Source of the DNA: Bacteroides sp. CAG:927 | GTDB taxonomy: Bacteria > Bacteroidota > Bacteroidia > Bacteroidales > Muribaculaceae | DNA: 64,000 nucleotides | Assembly: GCA_000431155.1 (NCBI GenBank) | Contig: HF985638.1 | Location: forward strand, 20,262-84,261 | Direction: 5' to 3' | Part shown: positions 19,061 to 30,777 of the stretch, in pieces | Position numbering within the stretch: the stretch's first letter is position 1 | Layout of the letters: every line of letters starts with the position of its first letter | Made by a program: the position numbers and the translations under genes | Notes under the pieces: generated by a model | Databases searched by the model: none | What the model saw: only the letters and a program-made list of their open reading frames with translations | Told to the model about the DNA's origin: nothing

Positions 19061-20638
19061 ATGAGCCAACAAGAGGACGACCTCAGAGCGTTGGCAAAGA
19101 TTATGGACTTCCTGCGGGCGGTTAGTATAGTGCTGGTTGTCGCCAACCTTTACTGGTTCACCCGCGTGGAAACCGTCGAAAGCGGCTGGTTCTATTCGAC
19201 CGTCCATAAGATCTGCGCCAACTTTAACCGCACCTGCGGACTTTTCAGCACAACTTTCAATGCCAAACTGTTTGCGCTCCTGCTGCTTGGGCTTTCATGC
19301 TTCGGCACCAGAGGAGTAAGGAGCGAGAACATCACATGGCGGCATATCGGCGTAACACTCGCCGCAGGCTGTGTACTGTTCCTTCTGAACTGGTGGACAC
19401 TCGACATCGGTATGCGCTACACCTATATAATAAGCACCGTTGTAGGCTACATATGCCTGCTGATGGGCGGAATATGGGCTGGTCGTATGCTGAAAAACAA
19501 TATGATGGACGACCGCTTCAACGACGAGAACGAGAGCTTCATGCAGGAGACAAAACTTATGGACAACCAATACTCCATAAACCTGCCGACCAGATTCTAC
19601 TATCAGAAGAAATGGCACAAGGGCTGGATAAACGTCGTCAACCCGTTTCGTGCCACCATCGTGTTGGGTACTCCCGGTTCGGGCAAGTCGTATGCCGTCA
19701 TAAATTCCTTTATCAAACAGATGATAGAGAAAGGTTACAGCGGCTATATCTATGACTTCAAGAGTCCGGATCTCAGCATGATAGCCTACAACCATCTGCT
19801 CAGTCACAAGGAGGGCTACGGTAAGGTCAAGCCGAAATTCTATATGATAAATTTCGATGACCCTGAACGGAGCCACCGGTGCAATCCTATTCACCCCGAT
19901 TTCATGAGCGATATAGCCGACGCATACGAGAGCGCGTACACTATAATGCTCAACCTCAATAAGTCGTGGGTGAGCAAGCAGGGCGATTTCTTTGTGGAGT
20001 CACCGATCGTTCTGTTCGCCGCGATAATATGGTATCTCCGCATTTACAAGGGTGGAAAGTATTGCACTTTCCCCCATGCCATCGAATTGCTCAACCGCCG
20101 TTATGAAGACTTGTTCCCCATTCTCACCAGCTACCCGGAACTGGAAAACTACCTTTCGCCCTTCATGGACGCATGGCAGGGAGGCGCAGCGGAGCAGTTG
20201 ATGGGGCAAATCGCATCGGCGAAAATCCCTCTTTCGCGTATGATTTCGCCTCAGTTATACTGGGTTATGACCGGCGATGATTTCACTCTCGACATCAACA
20301 ATCCGAATGAGCCTAAAATCCTATGCGTGGGCAACAATCCCGATCGCCAGAATATCTATGGCGCGGCACTGGGTCTGTATAATTCCCGTATCGTCAAAAT
20401 TATCAACAAGAAAGGTATGCTGAAAAGCGGAGTGCTGATTGATGAACTTCCGACGATATATTTCAAGGGTCTTGACCAGCTTATTGCAACTGCCCGAAGC
20501 AACAAGGTTGCCGTGTGCCTCGGCTTTCAGGATTTCTCGCAGCTCAAACGCGACTACGGCGACAAGGAGGCGGCCGTGGTGATGAACACCGTCGGCAACA
20601 TTTTCTCCGGGCAGGTCAATACTGGACAAATCAGGTGA
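19061..20638 (+). CDS. mobC: MobC type IV coupling protein (VirD4/TraG family), apparently frameshifted near its 3' end
   Basis: N-terminal TM helices, Walker A GTPGSGKS and Walker B VLIDELP. The frame ends at 20638, and the typical C-terminal continuation is open in the +1 frame to 20772. Confidence 0.75.
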   Translation: MSQQEDDLRALAKIMDFLRAVSIVLVVANLYWFTRVETVESGWFYSTVHKICANFNRTCGLFSTTFNAKLFALLLLGLSCFGTRGVRSENITWRHIGVTLAAGCVLFLLNWWTLDIGMRYTYIISTVVGYICLLMGGIWAGRMLKNNMMDDRFNDENESFMQETKLMDNQYSINLPTRFYYQKKWHKGWINVVNPFRATIVLGTPGSGKSYAVINSFIKQMIEKGYSGYIYDFKSPDLSMIAYNHLLSHKEGYGKVKPKFYMINFDDPERSHRCNPIHPDFMSDIADAYESAYTIMLNLNKSWVSKQGDFFVESPIVLFAAIIWYLRIYKGGKYCTFPHAIELLNRRYEDLFPILTSYPELENYLSPFMDAWQGGAAEQLMGQIASAKIPLSRMISPQLYWVMTGDDFTLDINNPNEPKILCVGNNPDRQNIYGAALGLYNSRIVKIINKKGMLKSGVLIDELPTIYFKGLDQLIATARSNKVAVCLGFQDFSQLKRDYGDKEAAVVMNTVGNIFSGQVNTGQIR

Positions 20639-20758
20639 TGACCGACATTCCCGACCTGTTTGACGGTTTCGACCGTCAGGCTATTGGCGTGGACGCTCTC
20701 GAAATGGAGCAGAAGGAGACAGAAATTGTAGGCAAAATCGTAATCTATCTTCTCGACA

Positions 20759-23700
20759 ATGGCTTACAATAAGTTGCAGACAATGCGCGACAATATCAAT
20801 GCCATACGCTGTGCGTTTCAGATCGGTGTTGAAAAGCGCGCTCCCGACCCCATAGAGAGGGTTGTACTCGGCAGGTACTCCGGCTTCGGCGGGCTGAAAT
20901 GTATCCTCAACGATGCCAACGAGCTTGCCGATGCCGCCAAGTGGAGCAAGTCGGATATTGAGCTGTTCGCGCCGACGGTGGAACTGCGCCGTATTGTCCA
21001 CGACTATTCGCTCAATGACAAGGAGTTTAACCGCTACATGGAATCGCTTAAAGCTTCGGTGCTGACAGCATTCTATACGCCTCAGTCTGTTGTTGACGCC
21101 GTTTCCGACGCGCTGAAAGATGCCGGTGTCGATGTCAAAAGATTTCTTGAACCGTCTGCCGGTCAGGGGGCGTTTATCGACTCTTTCCTACGGAATGACA
21201 GATACCCCGGTGCCGAAGTGCTTGCGTTTGAAAAGGATTTGCTCACCGGTAAAATTCTGTCAGCTCTGCACCCATCAATCCTGACCCGCATAGAGGGCTT
21301 CGAGAAGATAGACTCCGATTTCAACGGATACTTCGACGTGGCTGCATCCAATGTTCCTTTTGGAGATTTCGCTGTGGCTGACCCCGTGTATGCGACAAGC
21401 AAGGAAATTGGCTACCGTCAGGCGGCAAAGTCGTTGCACAACTACTTCTTTCTCAAAGGTCTTGACCAAGTGAGAGAGGGAGGACTGATTGCCTTTATCA
21501 CGTCGCAGGGTGTGATGAACGCTGCTTCGCCCTTCATAAGAATGGAGTTAGTGAAACAGGCTGACCTCGTGGCTGCTCTGCGTTTGCCCAACAACACTTT
21601 CAGCGACAACGCCGGAACTGATGTTGGCTCTGACCTGATTATTTTCCAGAAGCACACCGGAAAGAAGTCATTGTCTGCCGATGAGGAATTTTTCATCCAG
21701 TCGGTTGTTGACCGTGGCACGAAAGTTTCGGGCAACAAGTTCTTTCAGGTTTTTCCTCAGAATGTAATCTGCACTGATGCGAAAGTCGGCACTGACCAAT
21801 ATGGCAAACCGGCTATCGTCTATACCCACAAGGACGGCATAGGCGGTATTGCCCGTGACCTGCATGACGCTTTAACCCTGTCATTCCGTCTGCGCCTGAA
21901 TCTGGAACTGTATAATTCCAACGGTATCAAGCCGCCGACGCCTGATCCCATCACGCCTAAACCAAAGGAAACTCCGAAAGCGGAAAAGAAGCCGAGCCTC
22001 ACCAATACATCTCTGATGCAACAGTATCAGGAGATGAAAAAGAAACATCCCGATGCTATTCTGCTGTTCCGCATTGGTGATTTCTATGAAATATTCGGCG
22101 AGGATGCGGTAAAGGCGTCGGAGATTTTAGGTATAACCCTGACCCGCAGAGCGAACGGCAGTGACAAATATATAGAGCTTGCTGGATTTCCGCATCACGC
22201 GCTCGACACATACCTGTCTAAGCTCGTAAGAGCCGGGCAACGTGTGGCTATCTGTGAGCAACTCGAAGACCCGAAGCTGACAAAGACCGCCAAGCAAAAG
22301 GTCGTAGAGATTGTTACGCCCAATGCTGAAACACAGAAAGTTGAGCAATCTGATAATGTACCTTCGGATTCCATTCCGCAACAGGCGAAGGAAATAGAAA
22401 CCGACGGGGGCCCGGATTATTCCGACAATCCCGACCCGCGTCTGTTCGCCTATAACCTTTTCGGGGAACTGGAGCCGAGGGACGCGCCAAAACGCCAGCG
22501 TACTGCTATGCCCAAGAAAGAGAAGGAGGAAAAGCCGGTCGAAAAGCCGAAACCGTGGGCTGATGCCAAACCGTTGCCGACAAATAAATTCCGACCGCTT
22601 ACTGAAAAGGAGCTGGAATTTTACGGTTCTCTGAACTGGGACGATAATCCGCCTATCAACGGGTTCTACGAGGCTATGATGTCAATCGCATACGCCCAGC
22701 TTGCGGAGCGTGAGCGTCAGGCGGCTGAAAAAGAAGCCAACAAGGATTATAAATCCGAAACTATCGTCGAGGGTGGCACTGTAATCGAGAAAACCGAAGG
22801 CGTTTTCATACCCGGCAGACAGCCAAGAGTGGCGGCACAGCAGTCGGAGAAAACCGAGGTCGATATGTCGCCCCGTCCTTTCTCGGAGGATATTCTGTTC
22901 TTTCACCACAACGGCAGTATGGTGGTGCAGGACGGTATGGTAGGTTTCCTCTCGGAAGTCCGCAAGAACAGCGCGACATTCAATCCGTTGGAATTGAAGC
23001 CGGAACAGGCGAAGCGCGCCATGCTCTATGTCACTCTGTCGGAGACTTATCAGCAACTCTACAACTATGAGGCTGAAACGCATGAACCATCGGAACATCT
23101 GCGCGAACACCTCAATCAGTACTATGATGAGTTTGTGGAGAAATACGGCAACCTAAATGAGAAAAAGAATGTGAAATTCATTCTCATGGATGCCAACGGC
23201 AGGGACGCGCTGGCATTGGAGCGGGGCGAGAACGGTCGGTTTGTCAAGGCTGACATTTTCGACCATCCCGTTTCATTCGCCATTGACGGGGTTACTTCTG
23301 TAGATACCCCGTTGGAGGCACTGACTGCATCGCTCAATAAATACGGTGTCGTCAACCTCGAATATATGTCATCGCTTGTGGATATGGATGAGGATTCATT
23401 GGTAGATAACCTCGAAGGTCACATATATTATAATCCGCTTGTCAGTAGCTATGAGGTCAAAGACCGTTTCATAGCCGGAAATGTAGTGGCAAAAGCCGAT
23501 AATGTCAGGGCATGGATTAACCATGAGGAAGAACGGATAAAGGACTTCCCCGGATATGATGGTGTAGAACCATTTATCGCCTTGTCGAAGGACTCCCTCA
23601 AAGCGTTGGAGGATGCCCGTCCGCGCCGTATCGAGTTCGACGAGCTGGACTTCAATTTTGGTGAGCGATGGATACCCACCGGCATATACTCCGCCTATAT

Positions 23701-26700
23701 GTCGTACCTCTACCATACCGATGTGAAGATTTCCTATTCCGCTTCTATGGATGAATACTCGGCAGAGGCGAGTCGCAAGAATGTGACCATCTGGGAGGAA
23801 TTCTGCGTAAGGGGTCACTATCGCACCTACGACGGCATGAACCTGTTGAAACACGCTCTGCACAATACTGTCCCCGACATAAAGAAATCAATCGGCAAGG
23901 ACGAGAACGGAAACGACATCAAGGTTCCCGACAGCGAGGCTATCCAACTCGCCAATACAAAGATTGAGGAGATACGCAACGGATTCAGCGAATGGCTTGA
24001 AGCCCAGTCGCCTGAGTTCAAGGAGCGTCTTGTTGATTTGTATAATGACAAGTTCAACTGTTTCGTGCGTCCCCGCTACGATGGCTCACACCAGACATTC
24101 CCGGATCTGAACATGAAACTTCTCGGTGACCGTTATGGAATCAGCTCGATTTATCAGTCACAGAAGGACTGTATATGGATGCTGAAACAGAACGGAGGCG
24201 GTATATGTGATTTCGAGGTCGGTTGTGGTAAAACGTTGATAATGTGTATTGCAGCGCATGAAATGAAGCGTCTTGGACTGGCTCACAAGCCTATGATTAT
24301 CGGGCTGAAAGCCAATGTCGCCGAGATTGCCATGACGTACCAGACGGCATATCCCAATGCCCGCATATTGTTTGCCGATGAAAAGAGTTTCAAGGCTGAC
24401 AACCGCGTCAACTTCTTCAACCGGATCAAGAACAACGACTACGACTGCGTGATAATGTCGCACGACCAGTTCGGCAAGATACCGCAGTCGCCGGAAATGC
24501 AGCAACAGATTCTTCAGGCGGAGCTTGACACGGTTGAGGAGAATCTCGAAGTGCTGAGGCAGCAGGGTCACGATATAAACCGGGCTATGCTGAAAGGTCT
24601 TATCAAGCGTAAGGAGAACCTTACCGCCAAAATTGCCACCATTCAGTACCAGATGGATCAGAACAAGGACGCTGTCGTTGACTTCAAGCAGATGGGTATC
24701 GACCATATATTCGTTGACGAGTCGCATCAGTTCAAGAACCTTATGTTCAACACCCGACATGACCGAGTGGCGGGATTGGGCAACTCGGAAGGCTCACAAC
24801 GTGCGCTCAATCTTCTCTACGCAATCCGTACCATTCAAGAGAGAACCGGTAAGGATTTGGGAGCAACATTCCTGTCGGGTACAACAATCAGCAACTCGCT
24901 CACTGAATTGTACCTGTTGTTCAAGTATCTGCGCCCGAAAGAGCTTGAAAGGCAGGATATACGGTGCATAGACGCTTGGCTGGCGATTTTCGCAAAGAAA
25001 ACAACCGATTTCGAGTTTAATGTCACCAATAGAATTGTGCAGAAAGAGCGTTTCCGTTACTTTATCAAAGTGCCGGAGCTTGCGGCATTCTACAACGAAA
25101 TAACGGATTACCGTACTGCCGAGGATGTAGGCGTTGACCGTCCTGCAAAGAACGAGATACTGCATAATATCCCTCCGACACCTCAGCAGGAGGACTTCAT
25201 CGGGAAACTGATGAAGTTTGCCGAGAGTGGCGACGCTACGATACTCGGCAGAGCACCACTTTCTGAAACGGAAGAAAAGGCGAAGATGCTTATCGCCACG
25301 GACTATGCCCGAAAGATGGCTCTTGACATGAGGCTTATTTCTGCGGCATACGATGACAATCCCGACAACAAAGCCTCGCACTGTGCCCGGATGATTGCCG
25401 AATATTACCGCAAATACGATGAGCAGCGGGGCACTCAGTTTGTGTTCAGCGACCTCAGCACCTACAAGCCCGGCGAGTGGAACATCTATTCCGAAATCAA
25501 GCGCAAGCTGATTGAGGATTACGGTATTCCGGCGCATGAGATACGTTTCATTCAGGAGTGCAAGACAGAGAGGTCGAGAAAGGCTGTCATTGAGGCGATG
25601 AACAGCGGCGACGTGCGTGTGCTTTTCGGTTCTACAAGTATGCTCGGCACAGGAGTTAACGCCCAGCGCAGGGCTGTCGCCGTCCATGAACTGGAATGCC
25701 CGTGGCGACCCAGCGACTTGGAACAACGCGAGGGACGTGCAATCCGCGCCGGCAACGAGATTGCCAAACTCTATGCCGACAATAAGGTGGATGTCATCAT
25801 CTATGCTGTGGAGAAATCGCTGGACTCCTACAAGTTCAACCTTCTCCACTGCAAGGCGACATTCATCAGCCAGCTCAAGCGTGGCGCGCTCGGAGCGAGG
25901 ACAATCGACGAGGGCGCGATGGACGAGCAGAACGGCATGAACTTCTCGGAATATATGGCTATTCTCAGCGGCAACACCGACCTTCTCGAAAAGGCGAAAC
26001 TTGAAAAACGGATAGCCTCGCTGGAGAGTGAGCGCAAATCATTCGGCAAGGGACGAGCTGATTCGGAGTCAAAGCTGGAGCTGACAAACCACAACATCGC
26101 CAACAACGAGGCGACGGTTGCGCAGATGAAAGCCGATTATGCCCGTTACGAGGCTGTGGTACAGCGAGACAAAGACGGCAACCCCGTCAACAATCTCACC
26201 ATCGACACCTGTCAGCTTACCGACGAGAAGAACATGGGTATCCACCTGCAAGGGTTGGCGATAAACACCAATACCAACCGCCGTTACCAGCGTATCGGAG
26301 AAATTTACGGATTCCCGATTTCCATCATATCCGAACCGACGGTGGTTGACGGTCACGAGAGTGTGCAGAACCGCTTTGTAGTCGAAGGCAACTTGAAATA
26401 CAAGTACAACAATGGCTTCATAGCCATGAGCGACACCCATGCCGCCTGCATGAACTTCGTCAACGCACTGGAAAAGATACCCGGCATCATCGCCCAGTAT
26501 GAGGAACGCACCGCCAGACTCAAAGCCGATGTTCCCCAGCTCGAAGCAATCATCGCCAAGACATGGGGCAAGGAGGACGAATTGAAACAACTCAAATCAG
26601 AACTCGCCGCCCTCGACCGCAAAATCACTGCCGAACTGGCACCGAAAAAGGAAGAGCAGGACGGCGTTGAGAATAAACCGGCTTCAACCGTTGAAGTCAA

Positions 26701-26800
26701 TACCACAGTGGTGGACGCTCCTTCAACATCTGACGACCAGAAAAAGTCAATGGTGGCAGAACCTGCATCAACATACCAAAACATACGCCCCAGACTATAA
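20759..26800 (+). CDS. 2013-aa fusion: N6-adenine DNA methyltransferase, MutS domain I and an SNF2/DEAH helicase with a coiled-coil C-terminus
   Basis: MTase motif [10 protein letters not shown] and motif IV NVPFGDF. MutS mismatch-binding domain with GDFYEIF (22000-22330). Helicase Walker A GCGKT (about 24222), DEAH-type DESHQF (about 24716) and motif [10 protein letters not shown] (about 25723). Confidence 0.8.
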   Translation: MAYNKLQTMRDNINAIRCAFQIGVEKRAPDPIERVVLGRYSGFGGLKCILNDANELADAAKWSKSDIELFAPTVELRRIVHDYSLNDKEFNRYMESLKASVLTAFYTPQSVVDAVSDALKDAGVDVKRFLEPSAGQGAFIDSFLRNDRYPGAEVLAFEKDLLTGKILSALHPSILTRIEGFEKIDSDFNGYFDVAASNVPFGDFAVADPVYATSKEIGYRQAAKSLHNYFFLKGLDQVREGGLIAFITSQGVMNAASPFIRMELVKQADLVAALRLPNNTFSDNAGTDVGSDLIIFQKHTGKKSLSADEEFFIQSVVDRGTKVSGNKFFQVFPQNVICTDAKVGTDQYGKPAIVYTHKDGIGGIARDLHDALTLSFRLRLNLELYNSNGIKPPTPDPITPKPKETPKAEKKPSLTNTSLMQQYQEMKKKHPDAILLFRIGDFYEIFGEDAVKASEILGITLTRRANGSDKYIELAGFPHHALDTYLSKLVRAGQRVAICEQLEDPKLTKTAKQKVVEIVTPNAETQKVEQSDNVPSDSIPQQAKEIETDGGPDYSDNPDPRLFAYNLFGELEPRDAPKRQRTAMPKKEKEEKPVEKPKPWADAKPLPTNKFRPLTEKELEFYGSLNWDDNPPINGFYEAMMSIAYAQLAERERQAAEKEANKDYKSETIVEGGTVIEKTEGVFIPGRQPRVAAQQSEKTEVDMSPRPFSEDILFFHHNGSMVVQDGMVGFLSEVRKNSATFNPLELKPEQAKRAMLYVTLSETYQQLYNYEAETHEPSEHLREHLNQYYDEFVEKYGNLNEKKNVKFILMDANGRDALALERGENGRFVKADIFDHPVSFAIDGVTSVDTPLEALTASLNKYGVVNLEYMSSLVDMDEDSLVDNLEGHIYYNPLVSSYEVKDRFIAGNVVAKADNVRAWINHEEERIKDFPGYDGVEPFIALSKDSLKALEDARPRRIEFDELDFNFGERWIPTGIYSAYMSYLYHTDVKISYSASMDEYSAEASRKNVTIWEEFCVRGHYRTYDGMNLLKHALHNTVPDIKKSIGKDENGNDIKVPDSEAIQLANTKIEEIRNGFSEWLEAQSPEFKERLVDLYNDKFNCFVRPRYDGSHQTFPDLNMKLLGDRYGISSIYQSQKDCIWMLKQNGGGICDFEVGCGKTLIMCIAAHEMKRLGLAHKPMIIGLKANVAEIAMTYQTAYPNARILFADEKSFKADNRVNFFNRIKNNDYDCVIMSHDQFGKIPQSPEMQQQILQAELDTVEENLEVLRQQGHDINRAMLKGLIKRKENLTAKIATIQYQMDQNKDAVVDFKQMGIDHIFVDESHQFKNLMFNTRHDRVAGLGNSEGSQRALNLLYAIRTIQERTGKDLGATFLSGTTISNSLTELYLLFKYLRPKELERQDIRCIDAWLAIFAKKTTDFEFNVTNRIVQKERFRYFIKVPELAAFYNEITDYRTAEDVGVDRPAKNEILHNIPPTPQQEDFIGKLMKFAESGDATILGRAPLSETEEKAKMLIATDYARKMALDMRLISAAYDDNPDNKASHCARMIAEYYRKYDEQRGTQFVFSDLSTYKPGEWNIYSEIKRKLIEDYGIPAHEIRFIQECKTERSRKAVIEAMNSGDVRVLFGSTSMLGTGVNAQRRAVAVHELECPWRPSDLEQREGRAIRAGNEIAKLYADNKVDVIIYAVEKSLDSYKFNLLHCKATFISQLKRGALGARTIDEGAMDEQNGMNFSEYMAILSGNTDLLEKAKLEKRIASLESERKSFGKGRADSESKLELTNHNIANNEATVAQMKADYARYEAVVQRDKDGNPVNNLTIDTCQLTDEKNMGIHLQGLAINTNTNRRYQRIGEIYGFPISIISEPTVVDGHESVQNRFVVEGNLKYKYNNGFIAMSDTHAACMNFVNALEKIPGIIAQYEERTARLKADVPQLEAIIAKTWGKEDELKQLKSELAALDRKITAELAPKKEEQDGVENKPASTVEVNTTVVDAPSTSDDQKKSMVAEPASTYQNIRPRL

Positions 26801-26928
26801 TCATAAAGCGAATTACGAACTTCAATGATGCTAAATATTTTTATTGCCTAAATCTTTTTACATTAAAAAAGCCTATACCAATAATTTAACAGCAGGCACT
26901 CCAAGATACTGTCAAGGAACAGGGTTAA

Positions 26929-26957
26929 CTCTCCTCAAGGGGGATAACCCTGTTTTA
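26929..26957 (+). terminator. rho-independent terminator candidate
   Basis: Perfect 9-bp stem ACAGGGTTA...TAACCCTGT followed by TTTT. Confidence 0.45.
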
Positions 26958-27019
26958 TGAATTTATCTGAAACCTGAAATTCATTGAGACAGATACAGCC
27001 TAATTTTGCGGTCTAAAAC

Positions 27020-27931
27020 TCAATTCAATCTCAGAGAATACCGATACTCATTCGGGGCGATACCGGTAATTTTCTTGAATAGCAAGCTGAAATATTGCAC
27101 ATTGACGAAGCCCAACTGCCGTGCCACGATAGTTGGAGTGTTTTCCGCTTTGAGCAACATTTTTTTTGCTTTTTCAAGCCGATTTGTTTGTAAATACTCA
27201 TCCAATGTCATACCAGTCTCGAATTTCAATAAATCGTTGAGATAATATTCAGAAAGCCCAAGTTTCATAGCGCAATATCCCGATGTTGGAAACCTAAAGT
27301 CGCGTAACCTGCCGGAAGCAATATAATCATCAAAAAGAGTCTCCAACTCTTCAAGTATAGTTTTATTTTGATTTTCGCGTGTAATGAACTGTCTCTCATA
27401 GAAACGAGTGCAATAGTCCAGCATCAACTCGATATGCCGTGAAAAGATTGTGGCAGTGTGTGTGTCTATGGAGTGATGCAATTCTTCTTCTATGTTTTCA
27501 AGACAAGATGTAATAGTTTCTGTTTCTCGTTGCGACAGGTGCAATGCTTCTTCTTTACGATAGGAAAAGAACGAGTAGTTCTTGATATGATTTCTCAACG
27601 ATGTACGATATAACAAATCAGGATGAAAAGCTAATAAGCATCCTTTGTCGGGCAATACACCTGTGTTATTCATTCTGAAGATTTCTCCGGGTTTTAGAAA
27701 TACCATTGTAGAATTGGAAAAATCATAATATTTACGTCCACAACAGCATCCGTCAGGGCTGTTTTCTATCAGTAGAACAGCATAAAACTCAAATTTTATA
27801 GCATCTTTATCAAAATCCGGATGTTCAAAATTAATGATACTTACCTGTGGATGTAATGTTTTGCACCTCAAATGGCGATTACATTCACACACGCTTTTTA
27901 TGTTCAATGTATCTTTAATATCTTCTTTCAT
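27020..27931 (-). CDS. AraC-family transcriptional regulator
   Basis: C-terminal AraC-type double HTH. Paralogous to the regulators at 27940 and 34409. Confidence 0.8.
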   Translation of the reverse strand: MKEDIKDTLNIKSVCECNRHLRCKTLHPQVSIINFEHPDFDKDAIKFEFYAVLLIENSPDGCCCGRKYYDFSNSTMVFLKPGEIFRMNNTGVLPDKGCLLAFHPDLLYRTSLRNHIKNYSFFSYRKEEALHLSQRETETITSCLENIEEELHHSIDTHTATIFSRHIELMLDYCTRFYERQFITRENQNKTILEELETLFDDYIASGRLRDFRFPTSGYCAMKLGLSEYYLNDLLKFETGMTLDEYLQTNRLEKAKKMLLKAENTPTIVARQLGFVNVQYFSLLFKKITGIAPNEYRYSLRLN

Positions 27932-27939
27932 CTGCTAAT

Positions 27940-28845
27940 TCAACTAATAATACTTGCCCGGTATTCATTCGGTGTACATCCTACACGTTTCTTGAAAAGA
28001 CGGCAAAGATGCTGCGGATACTGGAATCCTAATGAATAAGCTATTTGGCTCACAGTGTCATGAGTACCTACAATACGGTCTTTGGCTACTTCGATGATTT
28101 TCTCCTGAATATACTCTTGTGGAGTTTTGCCAGTCTCCTTTTTGAGCATGTCTCCAAAATAATTTGGCGAAAGACATAATTTGTCGGCAAAATATTTCAC
28201 TGAAGGAAGACCATCCTGTTCAGCGGTAGTTCCCTCGAAGTATTCACTCAGAAGATACTCGAAACGAGTAAGTACATCTCGGTTGCTTTTGCTACGCGTA
28301 ATAAACTGGCGTTCGTAGAAACGCATACAGTAACTGAGCAGTAATTCGATATGAGTGGCAATCAGCTTTTTACTGTGTTTATCGATGTCGTGTTCCAGTT
28401 CCTTCTTAATGATGCTTAGGCAGTCCAATATTATTGCCTGTTCTTCCTCTGATACATGCAATGCTTCGTTGACCTCATATGAGAAAAACGTGTAGTCCTT
28501 TATTGTTTTATTTAATGACGTGCCGCGAAGCAGATCAGGATGAAAAATGATACCGTAAGCATTTGTCTGAACGGTTGCAATTGTAGAGGTCGTTTCCGCA
28601 GTCTGCCCCGGAGCGAAACAGACTATAGTTCCTTCTTCATAGTCGTATTTTTGTCGGCCATATTTGATATCGCAGGATTTTTCCAATTTTAGGAACATGG
28701 CGTATATACCATAGTTCAAGCGTATGAAATCTACCCCTCGTGTTGCCTCATTGAGATTAACAACATTGACCAACGGATGTCGGGTTTCAAGACCGTACAA
28801 TTGATTGTATTGGTCAATATTGTCTAAATGGAGTATTTTATCCAT
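27940..28845 (-). CDS. AraC-family transcriptional regulator
   Basis: Same family as its neighbour. Its shared intergenic region with the divergent acetyltransferase gene carries operator copy A. Confidence 0.8.
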   Translation of the reverse strand: MDKILHLDNIDQYNQLYGLETRHPLVNVVNLNEATRGVDFIRLNYGIYAMFLKLEKSCDIKYGRQKYDYEEGTIVCFAPGQTAETTSTIATVQTNAYGIIFHPDLLRGTSLNKTIKDYTFFSYEVNEALHVSEEEQAIILDCLSIIKKELEHDIDKHSKKLIATHIELLLSYCMRFYERQFITRSKSNRDVLTRFEYLLSEYFEGTTAEQDGLPSVKYFADKLCLSPNYFGDMLKKETGKTPQEYIQEKIIEVAKDRIVGTHDTVSQIAYSLGFQYPQHLCRLFKKRVGCTPNEYRASIIS

Positions 28846-29065
28846 GTCTTTGTTTTATTATATTTTTTCATCATACAAATTTAGGGGATTATATTGGTTC
28901 TGTCATAACCTCAATTACAGATAATAATACCTTAGATACAGATTGCAAACCTTCTTTTTAAGGATTATGTAATTGGGGTTATAACATCTGTAATTTATCT
29001 ACCATACAGTCTTATTATTCCGGCTAATTTTGCACTTGAAAAATTAGCATAAAAAGGAGCAAATT

Positions 29066-29644
29066 ATGACACTTGACAATTTTTTGAAACATATAGATAG
29101 CGGTGGGATGCTCAATACGCCCGAGATCTATCGATTCATGGATAAAATGAGCGACGAAGCTCGACGTATTACCTGCGAGATAAACAATACATATCATACA
29201 CAGGAGGAATTGCGGGCGTTGATGTCCCGATTGCTTGGCAAGCCTGTAGATGAAACATTTAAACTATTCCCGCCATTCTACACAGACTTTGGAAAAAATA
29301 TAACTATAGGGAGTAATGTATTCATCAATGCAGGCTGCCATTTTCAAGATCATGGAGGTGTGACTTTGGGTGACGCTTGTCTGATTGGCCACAATGTAGT
29401 TTTTGCTACCCTCAATCACGGCATGGCTCCCGAAGACAGAGGTGCTATGTATCCCGCTCCTATCCGCTTAGGAAAAAATGTGTGGGTTGGTTCAAACACA
29501 ACAATCTTACAAGGAGTGACTGTAGGAGATAACGCTATTATCGCTGCCGGATCTGTAGTAACAAAAGATGTTGACGCTAATACCATTGTGGGAGGCGTGC
29601 CGGCGAGGCCTATCAGAAAGATTGACGGGACCGGAAAGGAATGA
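29066..29644 (+). CDS. maltose/galactoside-type sugar O-acetyltransferase (left-handed beta-helix hexapeptide repeat)
   Basis: Hexapeptide repeats ([11 protein letters not shown]..., [13 protein letters not shown]). About 190 aa, Maa/LacA-like. Confidence 0.7.
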   Translation: MTLDNFLKHIDSGGMLNTPEIYRFMDKMSDEARRITCEINNTYHTQEELRALMSRLLGKPVDETFKLFPPFYTDFGKNITIGSNVFINAGCHFQDHGGVTLGDACLIGHNVVFATLNHGMAPEDRGAMYPAPIRLGKNVWVGSNTTILQGVTVGDNAIIAAGSVVTKDVDANTIVGGVPARPIRKIDGTGKE

Positions 29645-29851
29645 AGCAACTTCTGTAATCAGGGTAATAACATCAGTAATTCATCTACCAAGCCTATACA
29701 TAATTACCCTTAACTTTGCAATGTGAACAATATAACAGCTTATGCACGAGGCTGTGCATACGGATTCATACGACAATCTATAAATGATGTCGATTGACAG
29801 CGTAGAACAGTTCTTTACAATAATGAAAACAATTCTTTTTACGATAAAAAT

Positions 29852-30775
29852 ATGAGTACTAAACAAAAAGTTTTCTTCCCGAATAAAACCTTGAAGATGG
29901 TGGGTGAAATTTATTTCCCCGAAGGTTTCGATTCTTCTAAAAAATATCCAAGTATCGTAGTAACGCATCCGGGGAACGGTGTGAAAGAACAGGTAGCTGG
30001 ACTGTATGCTAAATTGCTATCGGATAAAGGCTTCGTGACGTTGGCTTTCGATGCTACCCATCAGGGAGAGAGCGAAGGATTACCTCGTTATCTGGAAGAC
30101 CCAACTTCGCGAGTAGAAGATATCCGTTGTGCAATAGACTACCTGGTGACATTGCCATATATCGATGAAGAACGCATCGGGGCTATGGGTATATGCGCTG
30201 GTGCGGGATATTCTATTAACGCAGCACAGACTGAATACCGTATAAAAGCGGTAGCCGGAATCAGCACATGGGATGTAGGCGACAGCCAACGTAACGGTTT
30301 CGCTCGGTGCTGGACTGAAGAAGAAAAGAAACAAATGCTTCGTGAGGTAGCTCTTCAGCGTACACGCGAAGCAAGAGGTGAAGCTCCTCTATATGTTGGC
30401 TACGTTCCCAATTCTCCGGAAGAAATTAATGAGAACACGTCTGTCATTCAGCGCGAGGCCTACGAATACTATTGTACTCCGCGTGCTTCTCACCCCAATT
30501 CACATAATAAGTTCTTGTTCTCATGTAATGATCGTTTAGCGGCATTCAACGCTTTCGACCTGATTGAGACCATTTCTCCCCGTCCCATTCTTTTGATAGT
30601 AGGAAGCAAGGCTGACACTATTTATTTTAGCCAAAACGCTTACGACAAAGCGAATGAGCCGAAAGAAATCTTCCAGATCGAAGGTGCCTCTCATGTCGAT
30701 TTGTATGACAAAATGGAGTATGTGAATCCAGCTGTAGAGAAACTCAATACATTCTTTACCAGCAGTTTGAAATAA
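29852..30775 (+). CDS. alpha/beta hydrolase (dienelactone-hydrolase-like, Cys nucleophile)
   Basis: Nucleophile elbow GICAGAGYS, a C-terminal His (GASHVD) and overall alpha/beta-hydrolase fold. Confidence 0.6.
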   Translation: MSTKQKVFFPNKTLKMVGEIYFPEGFDSSKKYPSIVVTHPGNGVKEQVAGLYAKLLSDKGFVTLAFDATHQGESEGLPRYLEDPTSRVEDIRCAIDYLVTLPYIDEERIGAMGICAGAGYSINAAQTEYRIKAVAGISTWDVGDSQRNGFARCWTEEEKKQMLREVALQRTREARGEAPLYVGYVPNSPEEINENTSVIQREAYEYYCTPRASHPNSHNKFLFSCNDRLAAFNAFDLIETISPRPILLIVGSKADTIYFSQNAYDKANEPKEIFQIEGASHVDLYDKMEYVNPAVEKLNTFFTSSLK

Positions 30776-30777
30776 CC

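Noticed and set aside
23396-23863. 155-aa and other antisense ORFs within 20759-26800
   Set aside because: They overlap the large, well-supported plus-strand gene. No motifs.
24794-25849. 351-aa ORF on the minus strand inside the MTase-helicase gene
   Set aside because: It is entirely antisense to a strongly supported coding region with helicase motifs. The region is GC-rich, which keeps reverse frames open. No domain signal.
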